Of a DNA stretch of 64,000 nucleotides, positions 15,872 through 30,000 are shown piece by piece (within the stretch, counting starts at the first letter, position 1; the number at the start of each line of letters is the position of its first letter). This DNA comes from Candidatus Doudnabacteria bacterium. GTDB lineage: Bacteria; Patescibacteriota; Doudnabacteria; UBA920; O2-02-FULL-48-8. Under the pieces are notes generated by a model. The model saw nothing but the letters and a program-made list of their open reading frames with translations, was not told the DNA's origin and ran no database searches. The stretch covers positions 71,134 to 135,133 of the forward strand of contig JBDTSL010000002.1 of assembly GCA_039931165.1 (NCBI GenBank). Reading direction: 5' to 3'. Made by a program: the position numbers and the translations under genes.

Positions 15872-18022
15872 ATGAAAGACATTCCGACACACTACGACCA
15901 GTCAAAAGAATCCGAGATTTACAAGCTCTGGGAAGAGTCGGGTTATTTCAATCCCGATAATTTAACCGGCGAACCGTTCACGATCATTATGCCGCCCCTG
16001 AATGCCAATGCGCCGCCGCATGTCGGGCATGCCCTGGGCCTGACTTTGGAAGACATCATGATCCGCTACCAGCGCATGCTGGGCAAAAAAACCTTATGGC
16101 TACCGGGCACTGATCACGCGGGGCTTGAAACGCAGGTCGTGTTCGAAAAAAAACTGGAAAAAGAAGGACGTTCGCGGTTTCAGATGACGCGGGAGGAATT
16201 TTACAAAGAAGTCTGGGATTTCGTCCAGCTCAACAAACACATTACCGAAGAAGGCATCCGCCGCCTGGGAGCGTCTTGCGACTGGTCACGCAACACCTTT
16301 ACTCTCGACCCCAAAATTGTGGAAATAGTTTACGATACGTTCCGGCAAATGCATTCTGTCGGCCTGATCTACCGCGGCAACCGGATATGCAACTGGTGCG
16401 TTAAGCATCAGACCAATCTCGCTGACCTCGAAACCAAATACATAGAACGGACAGATCCGCTGTATTACATCAAATACGGGCCGTTTGTGCTGGCTACTGT
16501 AAGACCCGAAACCAAATTTGGCGATACAGCATTGGCGGTTAATCCCAAAGACCTCCGGTACAAAAAATATATTGGACAAGAAATTGAAGCCATGGGATTA
16601 CTGGGTCCGATTAAGCTTAAGGTCATAGCGGACGAGGCTGTGGACCAGGAGTTCGGCACAGGTGTTGTGAAAGTAACTCCTGCTCACGACCCGGCCGACT
16701 ACGAAATCTGGATGCGGCACAAAGATGAAATTCCAGGACCCAAGCAGGTCATTGATTCCCGCGGCAAAATGGACCTGCCTGGAACAAAATATCACGGGCT
16801 GAAAGTGGCCGAAGCGCGCAAGATCGTGACTGAAGATTTGCAGAAAGCAGGCTTGATCGAAAAAATTGACGAAAATTACAAGCATAACGTCCAGGTCTGC
16901 TACAAATGTGGCAACATCATCGAACCGCTGATCATGCCTCAATGGTATATGGCAATGACCAAAAAGTTTAGAGTTGGGAGTTTAGGGTTGGGAGATAATC
17001 TCAAATCTAAAAACTCAAATCTCCAATCTCTTCGCGATATGGGAGTAGAGGCCGTAAAAAATGGTGGGACCAAAATCATGCCGGAAAGACTTGAAAAGGT
17101 CTTCATGCATTGGATGGAAAACATCCGCGACTGGCCGATCTCCAGAAAAACCTGGTGGGGCATTCCCATTCCGGTCTGGTATAAAGGAGATGAAATAAAA
17201 ATTTCTGAAACATCTCCGGGCGACGGTTGGACCCAAGATCCTGACACATTCGACACCTGGTTTTCGTCGGGCCAATGGCCTTATGCGACTTTAATGGTAC
17301 ACGGCGAAAAAGATTTTGAAACTTTTTATCCGACCCAAGTAATGGAAACGGGCTGGGACATCCTGTTCTTCTGGGTCGCGCGCATGATCATGTTCGGGCT
17401 ATATAAAACCGGCGAGGTCCCGTTTGAAACCGTGTACCTTCACGGTCTGGTGCGCGACAAAGACAAGCAAAAAATGAGCAAGTCCAAAGGCAACGTGGTT
17501 GACCCGCTTGGGGTAATCGACCAATTTGGCGTGGATGCTCTCCGTATGGCCCTGACTGTCGGCAATTTGCCGGGCAATGATCTGCCGTTATCCGAGGATA
17601 AGGTGCGCGGCTACCGCAACTTTGCCAACAAGATCTGGAACGCATCCCGGTTCGTGCTCCAAAATACGGAAGACTTTGATACAAAAACCAAATTAACTCC
17701 GGATGATCAAAAAATTCTCGGTGAACTGGCTGAACTTGTTAAAGATATCACCAAATTAATGGACAAATACGATTTTGCCCATGCTTCCGAAAATCTGTAC
17801 CATTATTTCTGGCACACCTTTGCCGATAAGATCATCGAAGAATCAAAAACCAAACTTGCCAGCCCGGGAACGAAAAAATCAACACAACTAATGCTGATAA
17901 CTGTGCTTGAAACCAGCCTGAAACTGCTTCACCCTTTTATGCCTTTTGTGACGGAAAGCGTCTGGCAGCAAACTCACAAGGATTTGCTGATAATCCAAAA
18001 ATGGCCAAAAGATTTGCATTAA
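15872..18022 (+). CDS. valS: Valine--tRNA ligase (short form lacking the C-terminal coiled coil)
   Basis: HVGH, PGTDHAG, ATVRPET, KVTPAHD, DTWFSS, KMSKSKGN. Confidence 0.96.
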   Translation: MKDIPTHYDQSKESEIYKLWEESGYFNPDNLTGEPFTIIMPPLNANAPPHVGHALGLTLEDIMIRYQRMLGKKTLWLPGTDHAGLETQVVFEKKLEKEGRSRFQMTREEFYKEVWDFVQLNKHITEEGIRRLGASCDWSRNTFTLDPKIVEIVYDTFRQMHSVGLIYRGNRICNWCVKHQTNLADLETKYIERTDPLYYIKYGPFVLATVRPETKFGDTALAVNPKDLRYKKYIGQEIEAMGLLGPIKLKVIADEAVDQEFGTGVVKVTPAHDPADYEIWMRHKDEIPGPKQVIDSRGKMDLPGTKYHGLKVAEARKIVTEDLQKAGLIEKIDENYKHNVQVCYKCGNIIEPLIMPQWYMAMTKKFRVGSLGLGDNLKSKNSNLQSLRDMGVEAVKNGGTKIMPERLEKVFMHWMENIRDWPISRKTWWGIPIPVWYKGDEIKISETSPGDGWTQDPDTFDTWFSSGQWPYATLMVHGEKDFETFYPTQVMETGWDILFFWVARMIMFGLYKTGEVPFETVYLHGLVRDKDKQKMSKSKGNVVDPLGVIDQFGVDALRMALTVGNLPGNDLPLSEDKVRGYRNFANKIWNASRFVLQNTEDFDTKTKLTPDDQKILGELAELVKDITKLMDKYDFAHASENLYHYFWHTFADKIIEESKTKLASPGTKKSTQLMLITVLETSLKLLHPFMPFVTESVWQQTHKDLLIIQKWPKDLH

Positions 18023-18070
18023 AATTATATTAGCGCTAGCATTAAGATATATTAATTAAAGAAACTCACT

Positions 18071-18532
18071 ATGAGCGACAAAAACAAATATCTATGGATT
18101 GTAGGTGGTTTGGTAGTAGTAGCGTTAGCAATCTGGCTGATTGCCTCAAATTCTAACAATACTTCCGGGCCAAGCAATACTTATACGCCTCAAACCCCCA
18201 CCACTCAAACTCCGCCCACCACAACACCCTCGACCGCTCCTGGCGCTGCTAGCGCTGCCTATACCGCGGCTCTGACCAAGTACGCAGCCACCCGCATTCA
18301 GATCCAGAATAATTGCCAAGTGGTGCCGAATAGATCCGTCTACAAAACCGGCACGGCCATCATGCTGGATAACCGGACCAATGTTACCCGGACGGTCAAA
18401 CTGGACAGCACTTTCGTCATCCCCGCGTTTGGCTTTAAGATAACCACGTTGTCGGGCGGGACATTGCCGCGCACAATTTTGGTGGATTGCGACAAATCCC
18501 AAAACGTCGCGACGATTACGCTAGAAAAATAA
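18071..18532 (+). CDS. Membrane-anchored hypothetical protein
   Basis: N-terminal TM, Thr/Pro linker, small beta domain with two Cys. Confidence 0.75.
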   Translation: MSDKNKYLWIVGGLVVVALAIWLIASNSNNTSGPSNTYTPQTPTTQTPPTTTPSTAPGAASAAYTAALTKYAATRIQIQNNCQVVPNRSVYKTGTAIMLDNRTNVTRTVKLDSTFVIPAFGFKITTLSGGTLPRTILVDCDKSQNVATITLEK

Positions 18533-18539
18533 AAAAGTT

Positions 18540-18574
18540 AAAAAAAGACCAGGCTTATTCCTGGTCTTTTTTTT
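18540..18574. terminator. Bidirectional intrinsic terminator
   Basis: AAAAAAAGACCAGG-CTTATT-CCTGGTCTTTTTTT. Confidence 0.88.
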
Positions 18575-18581
18575 ATTCTTA

Positions 18582-19094
18582 TTATTTAAATCTTACCGGT
18601 ATGGCGTAAGCCGCGTCTCGGGCAGGATCTCCGGAAGGATTGTCTTTGTTTACAATCAACACGCCGTATTGCGCGTCTTTCGGGTCAAAGGTCATTGTCA
18701 CGGAAAAAGGGACATAGTCCGCGGTCATCCAGTCGCTTTGCGCCTGCGCCGGCCCTTGAAACAATACATTGCCTTGGTCATCTTTTAAAGTCACCGGCAT
18801 GGTGGCTTCAAAAAACCAGAACCCTTTTGCTTTTCCGGAAACCTTCATCGGGCTTGAGACCAGACCGCCGTATTGCGGCTGGTCCACCACCACTTCAGGC
18901 TCAGCTGATTGCTGTTCTTCAAAAGTCCGGCCATTAATGCCGCAAGTCACCGGTTCACCGCCAGTAATAATGCCGCCGGCCGTTTGGCAGGATGAAAAAT
19001 CCGTGATGACAGGTACCGGTTTGCGCTTGATCACAAACAGGGCAATCGCGGCAAAAATAATCAGAAATGCTATTTGAAGATATTTGTTGTTCAT
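18582..19094 (-). CDS. Gmad2-type immunoglobulin-like domain protein
   Basis: VSSPMKVSGKAKGFWFFEA...DWMT..YVPF...DNPSG. Confidence 0.75.
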   Translation of the reverse strand: MNNKYLQIAFLIIFAAIALFVIKRKPVPVITDFSSCQTAGGIITGGEPVTCGINGRTFEEQQSAEPEVVVDQPQYGGLVSSPMKVSGKAKGFWFFEATMPVTLKDDQGNVLFQGPAQAQSDWMTADYVPFSVTMTFDPKDAQYGVLIVNKDNPSGDPARDAAYAIPVRFK

Positions 19095-19141
19095 GGGAAT
19101 AGTATAAAGAGTTATCGCTTAGGAGTAAAGAGAAATGGTGG

Positions 19142-19250
19142 CGAATCTGCGAGCGAACGTCAGTTCGCGTGGCAGTCTATTCCAATGATCAGATTGCTTC
19201 GTCGCCGCCAAATTTAACCGACTTTGAAAAAGCGGCTCCTCGCAAATGCG
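19142..19250 (-). repeat. RPE-like palindromic element (TTGCGAGGAGC...GCGACGAAGCAATC family)
   Basis: Reverse complement aligns with 48558-48684 and 45021-45095. Confidence 0.85.
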
Positions 19251-19290
19251 TTGAGCCGCTTCATATTACTTTTTTACTTATTACTTTTTT

Positions 19291-23169
<3,879 letters not shown>

Positions 23170-23196
23170 AAATGATCTATGATCTTGGATTAAGGA

Positions 23197-26100
23197 TTAT
23201 TTCTTCAGCTTTTTCTTCTTACCCGCTTTATCGCCGGCAAATTCCAATTCTTTCACTTTCTCTTCGACTCGATCCGTGGTGGTCATTTCCCGCAGCTCGG
23301 CCGCGTCATCCAAGGCCAGTTTCTCGCCGATCAATTCCACGTTCAGGCACAACGATTGCAGTTCCTTGACCAAAACCCGGAAAGATTCCGGAACGTTCGG
23401 CTTCTTGATCGGCTCACCTTTTACGATTGATTCGTAAGTTTTGGCCCGGCCGACCACGTCGTCGGATTTTATGGTCAGCATTTCCTGCAAAGTGTGGGCG
23501 GCGCCATATCCTTCCAAAGCCCAGACTTCCATTTCCCCGAATCTCTGGCCGCCGAACTGGGCTTTGCCGCCCAATGGCTGCTGGGTGATCAGGGAGTAGG
23601 GGCCGGTGGAGCGGGCGTGCATCTTGTCGTCAACCAAATGATGCAATTTCAGCATGTAAATTATTCCGACCGTGACTTTTTCAATAAATTGCGTGCCGGT
23701 TTTGCCGTCATACAAATATACTTTCCCATCTTCCGGGTATCCGGCTCGCTTCAGTTCCGCTTTGATGATTTCTTCCGGCACACCGTCCAGAGCGGGAGAG
23801 GCGACTTTATAACCCAATTTTTTCGCGGCTAATCCCAAATGAGTTTCCAAGATCTGTCCGATGTTCATACGAGAGGCCACACCCAAAGGATTTAAAATAA
23901 TATCGACAGGTGTGCCGTCGGCCATAAATGGCATGTTCTCAACCGGGATGACCTGGGAAATAACGCCTTTATTCCCGTGCCGGCCGGCCATTTTGTCGCC
24001 AACCTGGATTTTCCGCAATACCGCCACCGAGACCTGGATCGAGCGGATAACGCCTGAAGGCAGTTTGTCGCCCTGCTCTCTGGAAAATTCGCGGATGTTC
24101 ACGACTTTGCCGTATTCGCCGTGGGGCAGGGTCAGGGAAGTGTCTTTTACGTCGCGAGATTTCTCGCCGAAAATCACGCGCAGCAGCTTTTCTTCGGCTG
24201 TCAGGTCGGTTTCGCCTTTCGGCGTAATTTTGCCGACCAAAATATCTCCGGCCTTGATCTGAGCGCCGACGCGGATAACGCCGTTCTCGTCCAGATCTTT
24301 GAGTTTTTCCTCGCCGACGTTCGGAATATCGCGGGTAATGATCTCAGGTCCCAATTTCGTATCGCGCAAGTCAACTTTAAAATCTTCTATGTGGATCGAA
24401 GAATAGCGGTCCTGTTCCACGACGCGGGAAGAGATCAGGATCGCGTCTTCATAATTTCCGCCCTCCCAGGACATGAACGCCACCAGCATGTTTTGTCCCA
24501 AAGCCAACTCGCCTTTTTCTATGGCCGCGCCATCGGCGATCGGCTGACCGGCTTTGATCTCCTGGCCTTTGGTCACGGTCGGGTGCTGGTTGATAGAGGT
24601 GGATGTATTGGAACGGATAAATTTCTGGAGCAAATATTCTTTTTTTCCGGCGGAGCCGGATCCGGCTTTGCCGGACTTGCTTGGCAAAATAATAATCTTA
24701 TCACCTGTCACGCTCAAAACTATGCCGTCGGTTTCGGAAATCACTACCTGGCCCGAGTCGTAAGCGGCTTTGGCTTCCACGCCGGTACCAACAACCGGAG
24801 AATCGGGTTTGATGCAGGACACGGCCTGGCGCTGCATGTTCGAGCCCATCAAGGCGCGGTTGGCGTCGTCATGTTCCAAAAAAGGAATAAGAGAGGTTGT
24901 GACCGAAATGATCTGCTTAGGAGAAACTTCGACGAAATCAATGTCAGCCGTTTCGGCGATCGAAGGTTCGGCGTTGACCCTGGCCGAAGTCCGCAGTTCG
25001 GTGAAAGAACCGTCCGGTTCGGAAAGAACAGTTGCTTGGGCGATAACCGTGAATTGCTCTTCGTAGGCATCCAAATACTGGATGTCGTCGGTCATCCGGG
25101 GTTTGATCTTTAAAGCGGCAAGAGTTTTGTTTAGTGATAATTTTTCGGCCGCTTCTTTGGAAATTTTCTCGCCGGCGCTGACCACCACTTCTTCATTCGC
25201 ATCGAGCAGATCAACTAAAGCCGTCTCTCCGACAGCAGCCTTGCCGTCATTGGCCACATTCTTTTTGACTTTGCGGTAAGGAGTTTCGATAAACCCAAAA
25301 TCATTGATCCTCGCATAGCTGGCCAAATGCGCCACCAGGCCGATGTTCGGGCCTTCGGGAGTGGTGATAGGACAGAGGCGCCCATAGTGGGAGCGGTGAA
25401 CATCGCGGACCTCAAACCCGGCCCGCTCGCGGGAAAGTCCTCCCGGCCCCATGGCCGAAAGCCTGCGTTTATGCTCGAGCTCGGCTAAAGGATTGGTCTG
25501 GTCCATGAACTGGGAAAGCTGCGAGGATGAGAAAAACTCCTGAATGACCGCGACGATAGGACGGACGTGGATCAGCTGGGCCGGGGTCACGGTCTCAATC
25601 TCAGCCAGTGACATCCTGTCTTTGGCAATCCTGCTCATGCGGGCCAGACCGACGCGGAATTTTTGCTGGATCAGCTCGCCGACCGCTCGGACGCGGCGGT
25701 TGGACAAATGATCGATGTCGTCCATGATTCCCTGGGAGTTGTTCAGACGGATGATCTCGCGGATTATGTCGGTTAGATCTTCTTTGGTCAGGATCCGGTC
25801 TTCGCGGTCTTTTACGTTTAGGCGCTGATTGAGTTTGTACCGCCCGACCTCGGACAGGTCATACCGGTCGGCATGAAAAAACATCGCTTCGATCAGGGAG
25901 CGGGCATTATCCACCGTGGCCAGATCCCCGGGGCGGATCCTTTTATAAACTTCCTTGTAGCCCTCATCGGCGGATTTTGACGGATCTTTTTCCAGAGTAT
26001 TTTGGATATAGCGCATGTCGGGGTTGGTATCGACATCGGCAAAAGCCGCTAAAATTTCTTCATCAGTCCCGAATTTAAAGACGCGCATCAGGGCTGTGAT

Positions 26101-26703
26101 CGGGATGCGGCGCTTGCGGTCGATTTTCACGCTGATCACGCCATTGAGGTCGGTTTCCACCTCGAGCCAAGCCCCGCGGTTGGGAATGATCTTTGCGCCA
26201 TACCAATTCCTGCCCCTGGCTGGTTCGCCTGTGAAGAACACGCCCGGAGATTTCACAAGTTGCGACACGACCACGCGCTCCACTCCGTTGATCACAAATG
26301 TGCCGCGCGGCGTCATCAATGGAAAATCACCCAAGTAGACATCTTGGGTTTTGGTCTTGCCTGTGACCTTATTGACCAGCTTTACCGAAACATACAGAGG
26401 CGCTTCGAAAGTCGTATTGCGCTCTTTGGCGGTTTTTTCGTCGTACTTCGGTTTATCCAAATAGTAATCGCCAAAAAACAATTCCAAATTCTTGCCGGTA
26501 AAGTCCTTGATGGAGTTGATTTCGGCAAAAAGTTCTTTCAAGCCCGTTTCCCACAACCATTTGTAGGATCGAATCTGCGATTCGATCAAGTTGGGCATTG
26601 CCAAAACTTCGTGAAAAGGAGTAAAAAACTTTCGGAGACCCTGTTGACGGTTGGGACCTGGCAAATTAAGGCTTAAATTAGCCATTTTTACTTTTTGAGG
26701 CAT
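23197..26703 (-). CDS. rpoB: RNA polymerase beta subunit
   Basis: SQLSQFMDQ, GDKMAGRHGNKG, GQRFGEMEVWAL. Start is 26703 or 26685. Confidence 0.99.
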   Translation of the reverse strand: MPQKVKMANLSLNLPGPNRQQGLRKFFTPFHEVLAMPNLIESQIRSYKWLWETGLKELFAEINSIKDFTGKNLELFFGDYYLDKPKYDEKTAKERNTTFEAPLYVSVKLVNKVTGKTKTQDVYLGDFPLMTPRGTFVINGVERVVVSQLVKSPGVFFTGEPARGRNWYGAKIIPNRGAWLEVETDLNGVISVKIDRKRRIPITALMRVFKFGTDEEILAAFADVDTNPDMRYIQNTLEKDPSKSADEGYKEVYKRIRPGDLATVDNARSLIEAMFFHADRYDLSEVGRYKLNQRLNVKDREDRILTKEDLTDIIREIIRLNNSQGIMDDIDHLSNRRVRAVGELIQQKFRVGLARMSRIAKDRMSLAEIETVTPAQLIHVRPIVAVIQEFFSSSQLSQFMDQTNPLAELEHKRRLSAMGPGGLSRERAGFEVRDVHRSHYGRLCPITTPEGPNIGLVAHLASYARINDFGFIETPYRKVKKNVANDGKAAVGETALVDLLDANEEVVVSAGEKISKEAAEKLSLNKTLAALKIKPRMTDDIQYLDAYEEQFTVIAQATVLSEPDGSFTELRTSARVNAEPSIAETADIDFVEVSPKQIISVTTSLIPFLEHDDANRALMGSNMQRQAVSCIKPDSPVVGTGVEAKAAYDSGQVVISETDGIVLSVTGDKIIILPSKSGKAGSGSAGKKEYLLQKFIRSNTSTSINQHPTVTKGQEIKAGQPIADGAAIEKGELALGQNMLVAFMSWEGGNYEDAILISSRVVEQDRYSSIHIEDFKVDLRDTKLGPEIITRDIPNVGEEKLKDLDENGVIRVGAQIKAGDILVGKITPKGETDLTAEEKLLRVIFGEKSRDVKDTSLTLPHGEYGKVVNIREFSREQGDKLPSGVIRSIQVSVAVLRKIQVGDKMAGRHGNKGVISQVIPVENMPFMADGTPVDIILNPLGVASRMNIGQILETHLGLAAKKLGYKVASPALDGVPEEIIKAELKRAGYPEDGKVYLYDGKTGTQFIEKVTVGIIYMLKLHHLVDDKMHARSTGPYSLITQQPLGGKAQFGGQRFGEMEVWALEGYGAAHTLQEMLTIKSDDVVGRAKTYESIVKGEPIKKPNVPESFRVLVKELQSLCLNVELIGEKLALDDAAELREMTTTDRVEEKVKELEFAGDKAGKKKKLKK
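24646..24675. mobile_element. 30-bp twin-hairpin insertion in rpoB (in-frame SGKAGSGSAG)
   Basis: TCCGGC-GGA-GCCGGA TCCGGC-TTT-GCCGGA. Confidence 0.8.
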
Positions 26704-26767
26704 GCCTTTTAGTAGGAAAATTACTTAATAATTTATTAAACGATAAAATAATTCGCGGAAAAAATTA

Positions 26768-26900
26768 ATCCCAGTAGAATTTGGCTAACATTAGCCATTA
26801 TATATGTTTCGAGGATACGAAACATATACCGAATTTCTTCTACAGGGCATAAAAACAACTCCCTTTTTCGCATATGCAAAAAAGAGCCGTCGTGGGCTAT
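26768..26900 (-). promoter_or_regulatory. Structured rpoB 5' leader
   Basis: Nested hairpins downstream of a minus-strand TTGACA at 26952-26957. Confidence 0.55.
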
Positions 26901-27047
26901 ACTCTTATTAAATTAAATATCACTTGTGTATAATAAACTTTTTTAGAAAGTTGTCAAGTTTAGAGTTTTGAGACTTCGATTTTGAAAAAACTAATTACGT
27001 AATTAAATATGTAATTCAGTATATATTCGTTAGTATCCATTCTTAGA

Positions 27048-30000
27048 TTATTTGTTTTCCAGTCTACAAATTTCTAAATACGTTTGATTAACCATTTTAT
27101 CAATATTAATAATGGTTTTCTCATCAGAATAATTTTTATGTGCTAGTTTTGAAAAGTCAGATAGCTGTTTATGACGCTGATTGCTCTTAGAATATCGTGG
27201 AATAAAAACCGGAGGGCGAATCTTAAAGCTTCTTGAATCAGAGGAATTCGTAATAAACCTTTGGGTAATGGGCGCATTCAAGATTGCGCAGACAAAGTGT
27301 GCTTCGTCAGTAGAAATAAATTCTCCATCTTCTCTTTCACACATTGAAACAGCGTGATTTTGGAATACCGGGCGCTTTTTACCTCCCCAATCTGTTTCTA
27401 TTTCTTCTACAACCGCTGCCTGCCATTTTGTGTTATCGCGAAAAGTTACATATGTTTTTGCGAAGCTATATGCACCGACGCGCGCTAGTGCATAAAATTC
27501 CTTCTCCCTTTTGCCGATGATCTTCTCGTTATAGGCTGTCTGAGCTTCAATCGCCGCTTTATTATCGAGTATGTATTTAGCTAGATTGGGTGATTTCTTT
27601 CTTAGTTCACTAAGAATGAGTGGAACTCGAGTACTGAAAGATTTTTCATATGGAAAAGGTACGACAAATTCAGAATCTACATTGAGATGATACCTCTCGA
27701 TATTGATACCTTTTATTAAAGGATATACGAACATCTTTTCAAACAAAACATCCTGAGCGGGAATTTTATGTTTTGAATGTTCATTTTGATAGTTGTTTAA
27801 ATAGATCTCATTTTTTCTTTTTGGCATTTCATCGTCTATTTCAAAAAGAAATAGTTCTTGAGGGTAAAACTCAACTCCCTCTCTACCTATATAGCTAGAC
27901 TTACCGGAGATTACCCTGAATTGTTCTAAATCTTTGGATGAATCAGCGTACGAAAAGTTAGTGCTTCCTTTTATGCATTGCCCCATTAATTTATGCTCAA
28001 TCCTAAAAGAATCCCTTACTTCATCATAGCGGATATGTTCGTTAATTTTCTCTATCTTGTTACCAGATTTTTTTATAAAGAATGATACATCAATTCCTTT
28101 TTCGTAATCTGTAACTTTGTCGGAAATAAAATAGGTCAAAAATTTATGTTGTACGGGTTGAAAAGGATGTCCTGCCTTAGTCCAATCAAAGATATTTTGG
28201 AAATATAATCGTTCGCCATTAGAAAGATAGAAGTTTCGGAAACCCTCATAAGTCTGAAGGAGCATTAAGTTTTGTGGCATTAGGAATGCCAAGATGCCAT
28301 TTTTATTCAACCAGTTATCAGCCGCTACGTTAGCGATCAATGCACAGACGTTTAGATTTATGCCGCCAGTTAAACCATCGCCGGAAAATAGGTGGCGTTC
28401 AATACATAGTGATTTAATTCTGTTTCGATAACCTTCTGGTAAATTACGCCAATCAATCCAAGGAGGGTTTCCTACAATTAATTCAAATCTACCAAGGCTC
28501 GCAGTTGTGAGAAAATTAGTAACTATTCGCGCCCAAATACCATTCCATTCATTTTTTTCCAGATCAATAAATTTCTTTGCCAATTCATCAATTTTTTCAC
28601 TTATCTCTGGTATTAGTTCTTTTGAGTTGGCAAGACCCTTTATCTTTGTTGCAACTGCTGACCAGTCTAAAGATTTAATATCGTATTCAATCTCAGTCAT
28701 TGTCTGTGAAAAACGATCAGTATTTGAGACAACGCTTTTAGGTAAAACAATATCAATGGACCCCTTTAAGGTTTTAATGTGGTAACCAAGACACTCAACA
28801 TCTTTTATCTTCTGCGGTTCTGGTACATAAGATGAATCCCCGAGATAAATTGGGATATTAAAACGAATACCTTCTTCAATAAGATGTGCTGTATTTATAA
28901 AATAATTTACTCGACCTGTTAGAACCGACAAGGGATTAAGATCAATTCCTTTAACACGAGATAGTATCTCCTTTATTCTATCTGTACGATTTTCAGATTG
29001 CGTTTCCTCAAGAACTTTCTGAATGCCCACTATCAAAAAAGTACCCGAACCTGATGTTGGATCTAGCATCCTCCAATTATCCTTTTTCTTTAGTTGCGAA
29101 ATTGACTCCAGTACTAAGTTATCAGCTAGCCATGCTGGCGTGTAAAATTCTCCCAAACTATGTCGAACCTTTGAGGGCACAATATGCTGGTATAACTCTT
29201 TGAAGAGATCGTGTGTCCTTACTTGCTCATGCACAAGAACCTTATCCTCATATTTTGAAAGGACTTGTACGACTTCAACAATCTTTTTATGTATCTCTTT
29301 TGACCATTGTTGCTTTGATGCGTACCAAGAGAAATAATCACCCTCCAACAAATTGTTTATACCAATAGTCCTGAAGATCTCACCATCTTCAAGAGAGAGC
29401 ATTTTCATTTGAAGAACGGCTGAGTTGGCTTGAGCTATGTCACCAAATTCAAAAATGTTTTTATTAAAATAGATTTTACTTACCACTTTAAAAGCGATGA
29501 GCTTAACAATCAGAGCGTAGGTCGTTTGCAGAGCATAGAGGGCAAGGTATTCCTCTCTATTTGTCTTTATACCAACATCGATAGCAGTAGACAGTTCTTT
29601 GCGCCGGTCTTGCAGATCTCGTTGTTGAGAAGTGTCATCGTGAGATAGTTTGAAAAGCTCCTGCCACTCTTCAAACAACATTTCAGTCTTTGGTTTCATC
29701 TCATCGAGGAGCGTTTTGTAAAATACCTTTGTTAGTTGTTTTGCGAGATTGTCATCCAAAGGTTCACAAAAATCTCGAATTAAATTATCCGACGTGAGAG
29801 CTATCTGCTCCAATAGGATAATAGTTTTTACTAATCTATCTAATGAAGTTGGCGAAATGTCCATCCAAGCCTCTGTGTAAATTTGGCCACCCTCACTTCG
29901 GATAAACCTGCAAATAACACCATCAGTAACTAGGCCAAGATAATCTGTGGGGTTTTTTACATTTAGACCCCGCAGGTAATCTTCAAGCTGTGAGGAAGCC

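Noticed and set aside
24121-25113. 330-aa plus-strand ORF and similar long antisense ORFs over rpoC, uvrB, pilB and ruvB
   Set aside because: They are shadows of well-conserved genes on the opposite strand, with no recognisable motifs.
26992-27017. Chromosomal dif site
   Set aside because: Only loosely dif-like, present twice in inverted orientation, and apparently near the origin rather than the terminus.
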